Source of the DNA: Lepidodermella squamata
Taxonomy: Eukaryota; Animalia; Gastrotricha
Assembly (NCBI GenBank): GCA_047495785.1
Contig: JBLDXI010000055.1
Coordinates: 1,612,001-1,676,000 of the forward strand
Direction of reading: 5' to 3'
Length of the DNA stretch: 64,000 bases
The notes beneath the pieces were generated by a model, which was not told the DNA's origin, made no database searches, and saw nothing but the letters and a program-made list of their open reading frames with translations. Both the position numbers and the translations under genes were made by a program. Each line of letters opens with the position of its first letter. Positions within the stretch are counted from its first letter, which is position 1. Of the stretch, positions 50,515-60,927 are shown piece by piece.

Positions 50515-53300
50515 ATGTATTTAGCCTTTGTCATATTATGGCTTTTTCTTACTTTCTCCGCCTGTGGCACCCTTGGGTTCGTTCGAAATTTGACAAAGCC
50601 GTTCGCGATTGTGCCCGTGCAGAAAACCGGTGATATAATTGAAGTTGAGCTGGGCAGTCGATCACTAAATTTGCTGAGCAGCTTTTTTCAAACACTTGGA
50701 ATATTCGGCTCCCTAAAGCATACTGATTCGGTTGAAGAATCGTTCGAGTTGGACATCGACATTGAGCTGGTGCTTAACGATATTTATAAATTCGAATACA
50801 GGCCAACTACGCGATTTAACATGACGGTAGGTTCAGGATGGTTTTATATTCCGTGTGATGACGCGACCACTGCAAATATCTTGGTTCCTAATTGTCCGCC
50901 TAGGACGGTATGCAAAGCTAAAGAGACAAAATGCTCGCACGAACCGCAATTGAGTGATCAAAGGAATGTGGGTTTGTTGATATCCTTGCCAACCGCGGCA
51001 ATGCCTTCTCTGGCGTCGCCCCTAGTGCGATTTATTAACGACGGATGGAATCGAGAAGGCTTAGCTACCGCTATATGTAAGAGCTGGCAGAAAATAGAGG
51101 ACGCGAGGTGCAAAACTACAAGCAAAACCAGCAATGAACCATTGACAAAAACATGGTTCATACCTCCGTTTTTGGAAACAGAGTCACCGCTGTATAGAAC
51201 CACTAGGTTGAAAATAAGGCATCACATCTTATCTTTTGAGAAGCCAGTCATTGTTGCTTTCGGGGACAACATTGATACTGTCAGTCAAATATTTTCGCCT
51301 GCTAAAGATATCGACATTAGGAATACATTATGGAATTTAGGGAATTGCTCGACCGACCGTTTCCGCGTGTTCGACGTGAAAAACGGCTTCATTCAGGTAA
51401 AGCTTCCAGATTGCCAACACCTCCACATTGACAAGGAGTCGAAACGCCACCCGCAGTGGAATAGCAGTATAATATCCAGCTATTCGGCCGAAATTTCTCT
51501 GGTTTGCTCTCTTAATGGTGAACCCGTCGAGTGGAGGAAGAACGGACTCATTGTGCATCCAAATTCAACTTCACCACTGTTAGTGCCCAGCGGGGAATAT
51601 GCGAAGTACAGCTGCCACCAGCCTAGCTATAATGCAGAATTTCAAATCAGCCCCACTGGAGATACTCTCGTGGAAAGATGCCATAACTACGACCCCGATC
51701 AGAGCCTGGTGATTGTATTTCAGAACGGCGAGGCGACAAAACTTAACATCGTTTGCAACTTGGTCGACTTAGATTTTGCTAAATCCTTGCATGTGAAAAA
51801 CGTTAAAACGACGCTCACCATCCCAGCGAAAAGCGAGCACGCTTTTTCGATTATTAATATAAACGTAACCAACGTCGTGATTTTTCTTTCGAAGTTGGTT
51901 ATTGGCACTCAAATCAAAGCGTTCCGGAATCTCCTTGAATCGGATCCGATCTCAGCTACAACTGGGACCTTGCAGTTTTCCCTGGAATTCGCCAAAGCGG
52001 GAGCAGTGGTTTCGGTTTTGAATATTTCAGAAGCTAGCATTTACGTGCTCCGGCCGCGAAATGACATGGATAAATCGTTTTGTCGCCAAGGAAGCAATTT
52101 GGATACTCTGAATACAAACTCAACCATTTGCACCGGCGATTGCAGGCCAATGATCATTCCTAAAGATATTTCCCACACCACTAGAATGAGTGTGCATCAC
52201 CAACCGAACATTTACAGAGAGGATGAATTGGAGTGCCGAAAAACGCGAAATTTAGATGAATGGTGGCACTGCAGCCGATTGGGTAGAACAACCTATCAAG
52301 GACAGGAGAGTGTCTTTGATGAACGCCGGGCTGTTATATTGCCCTTTCACGATGGAGTAGACCTATCAGCTTTCAACAACATGATCGATTTCATTCGATT
52401 AGATTGTCCCCTATTAGATCTCGATTATGAAGTCAGAGAAAAACATATCAAGTGGCTGGTTTACAATGGCTATAACCACGCATTTACGCCGATTTACGGT
52501 CAGCTGAGCGGTTCACTCTACGTGCCTTCGAATATCTCAACCGCATATCGATGCATGGACGCCTATCGAGATGTTTTGCTGCGCGAATATTTTATTGAAA
52601 GACCCAAGAATTTTTTCTCCGACGAGATCTTCGATAGCGGATCACTAAAAAGGTCGGCTTACTTTCAACATTCAACAATGCATAGATATCTGAGATAGTA
52701 GTGTAAATGCATCTTTTTTCCTCTAGTTACGCGATCAAGGCAGACGGAATTAAATGGGAAAGCTCTCGGTCTTCCTATGTATTGACATACGAGATTGGTT
52801 CAAATACAATAAATCCCGAGTTCCTTGTTCTGTTTAAAGCGAAAAATCGAGAGACGAGTGATTTACTTATGAGTGAATGGCCCCCGCTCGGATGCAAACC
52901 TGATGTATGGTTCAACCTTTCGATTCAAGTTTATTCTTATGATAAACATGTGCCAACTTTCATTACGACTGACATCAAGCCGAGACATGTTGCTGTTGTT
53001 CCAGGTTTAAAAATTATACAGCTAACTGCGAGTTTCAGACTCGATCTACCAGGAATATTGTCACAGGCCGGAGTCGATTTGACTTTGATGCACCACTTTC
53101 ATGGAAGAGCAGTACAAATTGCGAACTTTGATAATGGTAAACTTATCATGATCGGACCTATGCTTATCATTTCGTGCATGAGGAAGGATTTGCCATATAC
53201 GACCGGTTCAAGCCCTTGGAAGGCCGATTTATGGCTCCTAGTCATGTTGCTTTATTTATATCTTACAATAATGAAAATAATTATTATTGTTTGTCTTTGA
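50515..53300 (+). CDS. Orphan secreted/GPI-type surface glycoprotein A with Ig-like domains (~903 aa; exons 50515-52652, 52727-53300)
   Basis: Signal peptide MYLAFVILWLFLTFSACG; Ig-like ISLVC...VEWRKNG...YSC and IRLDC...IKW...AYRC; many N-x-S/T sequons; ends TGSSPWKADLWLLVMLLYLYLTIMKIIIIVCL*. A 74-nt phase-2 intron joins the 727-aa and 197-aa ORFs in frame. Confidence 0.75.
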
Positions 53301-53371
53301 TAAAAATATAAAGCATCCACCTTAATTTGACCCCTGATTTGAAAAGTCATGAAATTCAGCTGTGCAAGAAA

Positions 53372-55069
53372 ATGTTCATCTTCAGCTTGCTCTTGATTCA
53401 ATTCTCGGCCGCTGTAGCCCAGTTGCAATTTCAGGAGCCTTTTGCCCGGATTCCCTTGGAATTATCAACAAGCTGGCTATTTAGTACCTACCCAAGTCTT
53501 TTTCCTAATATCATCGACAAACAGGCAAGATGTTTGTCCGTGATTTTGAAGGACATTCCCGGTTCCACTGACTTTCGAATCAAGTTGGCGCTCACGATAA
53601 CATCAGAACTAACTGCACCCTCAGACAATGCGATCTGGTCTAGAGTAGAATACCCGATATTTGTGGATATTGAACCGAAAGAAATTTCAGTTGGAATACA
53701 CCAACCATTGCTGAGTCATCTTCTTCGCGAGAAAAACTGCCAAACAGATCAAATGAGGAACGTGAAAACCTTGATAAATGATCCGGTGAACCTAGACGCT
53801 ATACTCATTCGCCTTCCCACTACGTATAACGCGAACGATACCATCGGGGAGGTATCTTCAATTTCTATCACGTTGATGCTTCGAAACTCCAGCGTCGTAA
53901 GTGTCGACTTGGTGAATGTCGCGCAGTGCAATACATCGTCATACAATCCGTTCGATATGTTCAATATAACTTCGGCTAGCTTCGAGGCGCTGAATGTTAG
54001 CGTTGAAGCAGATGCTAGCACCCTCAAGAAGATTCGAATGTTTATTCATGGTGACGCAGTAGAATCCGTTGAAAAGATATATCGAGCAACCGACTATAAA
54101 CTTGATTCATTAGGAAAATATCACTGCCCGAAAAATTGCGAGCCCCTAATGTTGGCTGGCGAATTTATCGCGGAAGAAGATGGACTGTCTCAAATGTTGA
54201 CATGTCGTCCAACAGAAGCAATATACGACATTTGGAGATGTGACCCCACGACTGACATTTTATTCGAAAATGAGAAGCCAGTCGAAGTTTTTCCAAGTTG
54301 TAGAACAGTTCTTCTATCGACTATGAATGAAGCGAAAATAGATGAAAATGGACGGTCGTTTGTTCGTGATTTCAACCTGGATTGCGATATTTCGGATGAT
54401 ACAGAAGTTTTGTGGCAGGTGTTGAAAAATGCGAGGTTCGAAAATTTAACTGACGATGCTGCTACTTCAAGCACGTATCCGATCGCGCTTACTCGGCAGT
54501 CTGAAAAAGCGTACCAATGTGTTGCGAAAGAAAATACACGCCTAGTATACAGTCAATTTTTCGTGATGAAATCGCTCAGCTACTTCAGCTGGAGTAAAGG
54601 CAAGCCGGCTTGCAGTATGAAAAAATATAATGCAGGTTGGTTCAAGTTCAATGATACGGTTGATATTCTCATCGGTGAGAGTGAATGGCGGCAAGTTATG
54701 GTTGAATGTAGGATCAACTCAACCAACTTGAAGATTGATCAAGTCAGGGCGGAACTTAGAAGCTCGATCGACCCTCCTGAAATGGTTGACTTTGAATACG
54801 AAGTCAACGACACCAAGATTGTCGGCAATTCGATCGAGGTGAAGTTGCTCATGAGAGTTTTCTGGACGACAGATCTAGCGATGCTATGTCCTCCTCGAAG
54901 TTTCCAAGCTGTTTTATGGTTTGTGATCAATGGACTATGGGTTATGGCAACAAGTATGAACGTAGAGCTTATAACATTTGTCGCATCGTCAGCTTTCATT
55001 CTTGACCCAATGCCACTCTATGATTTTGCAACACTTCTCATTATCACCGTCTTCACATTGACCCAGTGA
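53372..55069 (+). CDS. Orphan secreted/GPI-type surface glycoprotein B (565 aa, single exon), paralog of A
   Basis: Signal peptide MFIFSLLLIQFSAAVA; Cys module CPKNCEP...LTCR...WRC; Ig-like FNLDC...VLW...AYQC; ends VASSAFILDPMPLYDFATLLIITVFTLTQ*. Confidence 0.75.
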   Translation: MFIFSLLLIQFSAAVAQLQFQEPFARIPLELSTSWLFSTYPSLFPNIIDKQARCLSVILKDIPGSTDFRIKLALTITSELTAPSDNAIWSRVEYPIFVDIEPKEISVGIHQPLLSHLLREKNCQTDQMRNVKTLINDPVNLDAILIRLPTTYNANDTIGEVSSISITLMLRNSSVVSVDLVNVAQCNTSSYNPFDMFNITSASFEALNVSVEADASTLKKIRMFIHGDAVESVEKIYRATDYKLDSLGKYHCPKNCEPLMLAGEFIAEEDGLSQMLTCRPTEAIYDIWRCDPTTDILFENEKPVEVFPSCRTVLLSTMNEAKIDENGRSFVRDFNLDCDISDDTEVLWQVLKNARFENLTDDAATSSTYPIALTRQSEKAYQCVAKENTRLVYSQFFVMKSLSYFSWSKGKPACSMKKYNAGWFKFNDTVDILIGESEWRQVMVECRINSTNLKIDQVRAELRSSIDPPEMVDFEYEVNDTKIVGNSIEVKLLMRVFWTTDLAMLCPPRSFQAVLWFVINGLWVMATSMNVELITFVASSAFILDPMPLYDFATLLIITVFTLTQ

Positions 55070-55190
55070 ATAAAACCGGATTATATCTGACTGCGCAGTG
55101 ACTGTTTTATTTAACAAATAATATATAAAAGAATGTGCAAAACGAAGTGAAAACTGAGGAAAATGAGCAATTTGTGAAAGACATCTATCA

Positions 55191-56699
55191 TTAGGTAGAA
55201 GGATCTGTAACGAAGCAAACACAGAAAGAATCTTTGCTGACAGCTAGGATTGAAGAGCCATCGGGCGACCAATGCACGAAGCGACAGCCGAATGGCGGTA
55301 AGCCTTTGTTAACCGGAATCGCCGCAACCAGAGCCCCGCCCCGGCTCCATAAATAGAATCGCCCGTCTGATTGCGTGCAAATCGCAAGACGAGGCCGCCA
55401 CGGGTCCCAGCGAATGCAAGTAACCGGCTGTTTATGAATGAGAACCGAGAACAGGCTCAGTTTAGATACATCCCAAATCCAAACACAAGTAGGCTGCCTG
55501 TCGTTCACAGTTGCCAAGTAGCGCCCGTCGGAAGAGAAGAGGCAAGTTCCAACCCCAATTGCTGGATTGATCCGGTCAAGGTCGAGCATGTCTTCCTGAA
55601 GCTTTATCGAGCTCAAATGACTGGATTCGACGAATTCGTATCTGGTTTGAGTTGTCAACGTCCGCTCTTTCCACTCTTTCACTTCATCGTCGTCGTGCAG
55701 AACCGGCAGTCCGAACTGATCTTTCCTACGAGCTGTGTTCTTAGCAGTCCCATTATTCGACCTCACTCGGCTGATTTCTCCGCCGCCCAGTGCGTCGCAT
55801 GGTTTCGTGAAATATTCGCGAAAAACAGCGCAATGCCGCCAATCGACATCAGCCGCGTGATTGAACTCTTTCACGACAAACCACGCTGCGCCGCATATGA
55901 GTCGAAGAGTTGCGTCGTAACTCCCGATCGCCAAAAACTGACTAGTCGGTGACCAGTCGAGTGATTTAATGCCTAAAATCGTCGTATCAGTAGTGATACG
56001 TTTCAGCAACTTCCCACTGCTATTGTAAAATAATGCACAGTAGTTGGTGCTCGAGTCAACAACAACCAAATGCCGGCAATCAGGCGACCATTTCACGCAA
56101 CTAGCGTCTTTTGCATCAGTGTTGAAATGGCTCGACAGCTTCCACACATCGCTGCATTCGAAGATTCCGACCGCGTTGTTGCGCTCCACAACGGCCAAGA
56201 AAGAACCGTCCGGCGAAAAGTCAAGCGGTACTTTGCATTGCTTTGGCTGCTTAATGTAGGCAACCGAGCACTCGGATAGCGACCAAACTGTGATTCTGAT
56301 AGAAAACTCGGCTGTTGTTAAAACATGCCTGCTATCTGGAGACCACGCTACTGAAGAAATTCCAGCGGAACCTTCGTCAATTTTGCACCGCCAATCACTG
56401 TATTCGAGGTGCCAAATCTGCGCGAATAATGAACATTCGATTGCGCAATTCAAGTTTAGTTATTATTAGCCTACCTGAACAAGTTTTCGTTGATACATGG
56501 CGCATAAGAGCATCGTGGAGTCAGGTGAGAAGGCCATATGTTCAATGCGATCTGAGCAATTGAAATTGGCAACGGTTTCAAGGGTTTTTGCATCTCGGAC
56601 TACAGCTCGAAATGTGTCGCATACAGCAATAAATTGGCCATTGGGGGATATTAGGCAACAATTTTTATTCGAATGAGAAAATATATCAGTGAATTCCAT
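55191..56699 (-). CDS. WRAP73: WD repeat protein WRAP73/WDR8 (2 exons)
   Basis: MEFTDIF...SPNGQFIA...WRCKIDEGSAGISSVAWSPDSRHVLTTAEFSIRITVWSL...WSPTSQFLAIGSYD...ATVNDRQPTCVWIWD...RWDP..PRLAICT. Confidence 0.93.
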
Positions 56700-56792
56700 T
56701 GATAAGTGTCTAGATGAACGGCATAAAATTTATCAATATCATCCGAAACCATTCAAGTTAAAGATCCGTAATAAAATAAAAGGTATCATAAT
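56700..56792 (-). promoter_or_regulatory. DCTN6-WRAP73 intergenic spacer: poly(A) signal, U-rich tract and acceptor
   Basis: AATAAA overlaps the DCTN6 stop, followed by TTTTATTTTATT and TTCATCTAG (AG 56711-56710), 10 nt before the WRAP73 ATG. Confidence 0.55.
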
Positions 56793-57684
56793 TTATTGGG
56801 TGGGAGTGTTAGTTTTCAAAAGCTTCTGGTGCTTCGGAAGGAATTGGGCCATAAACTCGGTCGGAAGATATGGCAACTATAAGAAAGAGATGAATAGTAA
56901 AATTTTAATTTAGCACGAGATATATGGTTTATGTTGTGGAATTTACCGGAGGTGGTTCTCCAATCTGGCGACGCAAGCCCTTATCCGAGTAAATGACAGT
57001 ATTAGACGGCAAGGTTTCAGTATGTTTTAGAGACACCAGACTACTAATGTAGCAATTGTTAGTAACCACGATTCCATCTCCGACTAAGCCTAAGAAAAGG
57101 TAACCGGAATCTGTCGATGTTCGATGCTGTCAAGATTTTAACTTTACTCTTGGCTTCAAATGTGTTGTTGTCGCCAACCAAGGCAGACTCGCACCCTAAG
57201 TGACTCAAAGATATAATCGGCAAAACAAAAAACGGCTGGTCTAACGTGAGAAAACATCGAAGAAGTTATTATTTCCAATAACCATTGTATGACTCTCGCC
57301 ATCAGGATGAGGACTGAAATTATTCGGATCAATGCTAAAGCGTAAACATTAAAAATGCGTCTTACCGGTTGAGTATAACCGCCATTTCACATATTTGATT
57401 CCCAGAACCGATTACGATTGGACCACCGGCCGCAATAATTTTTGCCTTGGGATGGATGACAGTATCTGGACCTTAATTTAAGCATGTTGGCCCCATATCT
57501 AAATAAATTACGAATAAATTACCGACAGTAACCTTGCCGTAAATATCTGCAGCTTCGCAAACCACTGCAGTAGATGCCAGCTTGACACTTGAAAAAATCA
57601 AAGTTTTACGCTAGATCTTTCACTTTTCAAATTGTATCAATAAGCTTACTCTTTCGGAATACCCAAATACGGCGCGAATTCCAT
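56793..57684 (-). CDS. DCTN6: Dynactin subunit 6 (p27), 7 small exons, absent from the ORF track
   Basis: Spliced [56 protein letters not shown]...[42 protein letters not shown]...LPSNTVIY...FLPKHQKL is a left-handed beta-helix of the p27 type. Confidence 0.9.
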
Positions 57685-58782
57685 CAATTAACAAATTCCT
57701 TCTAGTTGAAAATTACACTAGAATAAGCAAGTGTAAAATGGCCAAGTTTATCGCAATTCGGTCGTTCATGGACCCAAAAAATCGACCTTGGATGCAATTT
57801 ATTTATTCTTAAAATATTTGAATCTCAAATTTATTTTCTAATATTAAAAATTTCAACATCGGTCAAAAAGAATCATGGGTCCAAAGAAAATCAGATCTAA
57901 GGGTTACGTAATACGTAATAGATACGGTCAAATCGATAGCGCTTGTCGACTTTACTAATCGAATATTTAATCCCTAAACTCTATCACAAATCTATATCCA
58001 TGAAAAAACTTAAAAACACATTTTTCCCATACTAAATTGCTCAGGTCTGGGTCCAAGAATTGTTTTCTTCGGAGCGCTATGTAAGAAAGGGAGTGGCTAC
58101 CCCGGTATTGGTTGTAATGCTTTTTACACTCCACTTGATGAGAGCTACAATTTGACACCAAAATCAACCCGATAGGAGAAATAAAAAATTTGTTGCCCCA
58201 TTATAGAACGACCGAATCGAGTCGGATAGCTTCTTAGCAAGCAACAAGAAAAGTAGCTAATTCCTAGACGATTACTTGGCCCTTAATTTCATTGCCTGAT
58301 AAGTATAAAGCCTCTGGTAGGATATCTCAACATGCCGAAGTAGTGGCGCCGTCGTTGACCTGAGCAGACGACACGGTTGTATCCGCCGAGGCCGCTTAAG
58401 GATGCATGACTCTCAACGGTTGATACGCTCGAGAGGTGGGGTCGATTGACGGTCTTCAGTGAAAAGGATTAGATAAACTCGAGAGTGGTTCGGCACCACA
58501 TCCAATTGTGTCAAATTCTCACTAGAGTGAGAGGAATCAAGAGTGGATAGCCAGCTCACCCTCGAATCTTCCAAAGCTGTCACAATCATATACACTCGGG
58601 CAGCAGTTTCAGCATGAACTCCATCCACTGTTTCGCTGTTTTCCTGCGATAAGTAATTGTTTCTGAGATTGCATCGCAATACCGTACGTCATCGAAACAT
58701 GGAATTGCCAGGTTGCAGCTGGTTTATTAGGCCCAAACGGGTTCACAACAACTTCATTATCCCCGACGACGGCTCTGATGGA

Positions 58783-58822
58783 GGATCAGGATCAGGATCA
58801 GGATCAGGATCAGGATCAGGAT
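58783..58822. repeat. (GGATCA)6.7 hexanucleotide repeat
   Basis: Six perfect GGATCA units plus GGAT. Confidence 0.9.
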
Positions 58823-59242
58823 TTACGATTTCTCCTCGCCCTGACGGACTCAAGCTTTCGCCATAAGGCGGAGCTTGTGAGAAAATCGCGAGCTTACGCT
58901 CTAGGAAAGTTTGAACTGGTTTACTAACTACTTGATTGAAATCCCTACCCCTGGTACTCCAGTTATTGCTGACTGTTTCTCCAGGGCCCAGGCATTAGTG
59001 CCCAGGTGGCTTTTCCACTCACTCAGCGAAGCCTACAAACGCCGTCGTAGCAAGAAGGCTACCAAAAGACTAGTTTGGAGAAATATTTACAAGAGTAGAG
59101 ATAATTTACAAGAGGTAATTCCACGGAGCCAAAATATAAGATAATTCAATGACGGAGCTATAAAAGAAAATAAAGTATGTTACATTTGGTTGAGTATAGG
59201 TATAGGCTTTGAAAAATATAAATATAAATTTGGAAAACTCAT

Positions 59243-60362
59243 TTAGTTCGGCACGTAGTTGTAGACGAAGGCGGCCTTGGAGTACGGATTGAACGCGACC
59301 TGCGGCTGCAGAGAGGCGCTGATTTCCTTCTTCTTTCGCTCGCTCTTCGCCTTGATGATGGCGTCGTGTTTGGCCTGTTCGCGTAGGAATTCGAGCGTGG
59401 CTTGCCGGCACGCCTTTGTGGAAGCGGACAGCCTGATCTTCGCTGGCAGCTGGTTCCACCACTGGATGGCCTTGGTTGGGAACGAGCGCTGGCCTGTGGC
59501 GAGCTTGCACGATGGCTTGACGTACTTCCCGGTGGCGGCGCCTCGAGTGTTGTGGTCATGCTGTTGGTTCATCGGCTTGACTAGCGACGAGAGTGCCTCG
59601 GGGGTCTCAGGATCCCTGCTGCACTTCCACATGGTTGTAGCCAGGTGGACCAGTCGTTTGCCTTGCAGATTCACCCATCGCAATCGCACGAGAACTTCAT
59701 CGGCGGGCACGTCAGGACTGACGTCGAGAACGGCACGAACGGCTTTGTTTTGCGCGTGTTGAAGTCGATCTAGCTGGGTCTTGCAGCCCTGATCGATGAC
59801 GGCGTCGCAGTAGTTGAACTTCGACCCGATGATGCCGTCGTACATCATTGTTCGAGTCTTCAGGTCGGTGTGCCGAGCCGCTTTACGTAGTGCGTAGGTA
59901 CCACTTCTTGCGGCTTTGATCAGATGATCAACGTGCTTTTCCATGGTGAGCTTTGAGTCCAGATAGACTCCCAGGATCTTCACGTGGTCAAGTGGCGGCA
60001 GATCGACTTCACCGAATCGAATCGCTGGGGCAGAAGCCTGTTTGTTAGACAAAAACATATAATTAGATTTGTCCCGATTCACTTTGAGACAGTTGGCGTG
60101 TAACCAATCGCCGATACTGCGAAGGTCCGCCTCTAGCTTCGCCTTGACTTCTTCAGGCGTCTTCCCACGGGCCACGATCGTTGTGTCGTCGGCGAACAGC
60201 GATGCGATGCTGTTTTTGCATTGAACTGGCAATTCGTTGATGAAAATGATGAAAAGCAGTGGGCCGAGGATCGAGCCTTGAGGGACGCCGTACGAGATAG
60301 GCGCGATGTCCGAGATCTCGGTAGGCGTTTTCACGCGCTGAGAGCGACCTTGTAGGTAGGCA
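59243..60362 (-). mobile_element. 5'-truncated non-LTR retrotransposon (CR1/L2/Crack-like group), C-terminal half of the RT ORF intact
   Basis: YLQGRSQRV...GVPQGSILGPLLFIIFINEL...LFADDT...LKVNRDKS...KILGVYLDSKL...YCDAV...LQHAQNKAVRAV...HDHNTR...WWNQLP, uninterrupted for ~370 codons. An AT-rich 3' region continues to ~59080. Confidence 0.92.
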
Positions 60363-60927
60363 CTTGGAGGAAAGCGAAACCAAGCGCGCGCCAAATTTTG
60401 AATTTTCGTCAGTACGGCATATGAATTACTATTTCTAAATTTATTTTCGGTAGAAATGTCGTATGTAAAGTTTTTATGAAAGTGACCTTGACCCGTAAGC
60501 TTTTAAAACTTCCTTCCGAAATCCGCCAAAAGTTTCTTGAGTTGATGAAAACAAAGTCCTTATTGTTAGCTGTGACTTAGATTAGATAGATTACGTTAGG
60601 CATCTAAGCTTAACAGGGTAATGGGTAATAGAAGTCGCGATTTCGCACAGCCACTTGGCACCTGTCGAAGTTGCCGAATTTTCAAGCCATAGACCGTAAT
60701 CCGTTATCTTTGAAAACAGGCTCAGGACGTCGTTGTCCGATAGTTCATCGCAATAGAAACAAAAAAAAACGAGCAACCAACTTGCCTTATTTATCATTGG
60801 TGCCTCTTGTCCATAATGTCCAATGTTCGAGTTTTCATCCTGCTTCCTGCTGTTTTGAGTTCGGGATCGTCATTTGAAACGCTTTTGCTTTTTCTTAATC
60901 TGTTATCTTATAGATATTTTTAATTAA

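Noticed and set aside
55371-55952. 193-aa plus-strand ORF
   Set aside because: Antisense to WRAP73 exon 2 with no motifs. The other short overlapping ORFs in the track were dismissed the same way.
57769-57883. Short inverted repeat TGGACCCA...TGGGTCCA upstream of DCTN6
   Set aside because: Arms are too short and degenerate to call a MITE without other copies.
58400-59150. Possible gene around the GGATCA repeat (GS or PD dipeptide ORFs)
   Set aside because: Every splice combination I tried hit stops or needed implausible introns; no homology.
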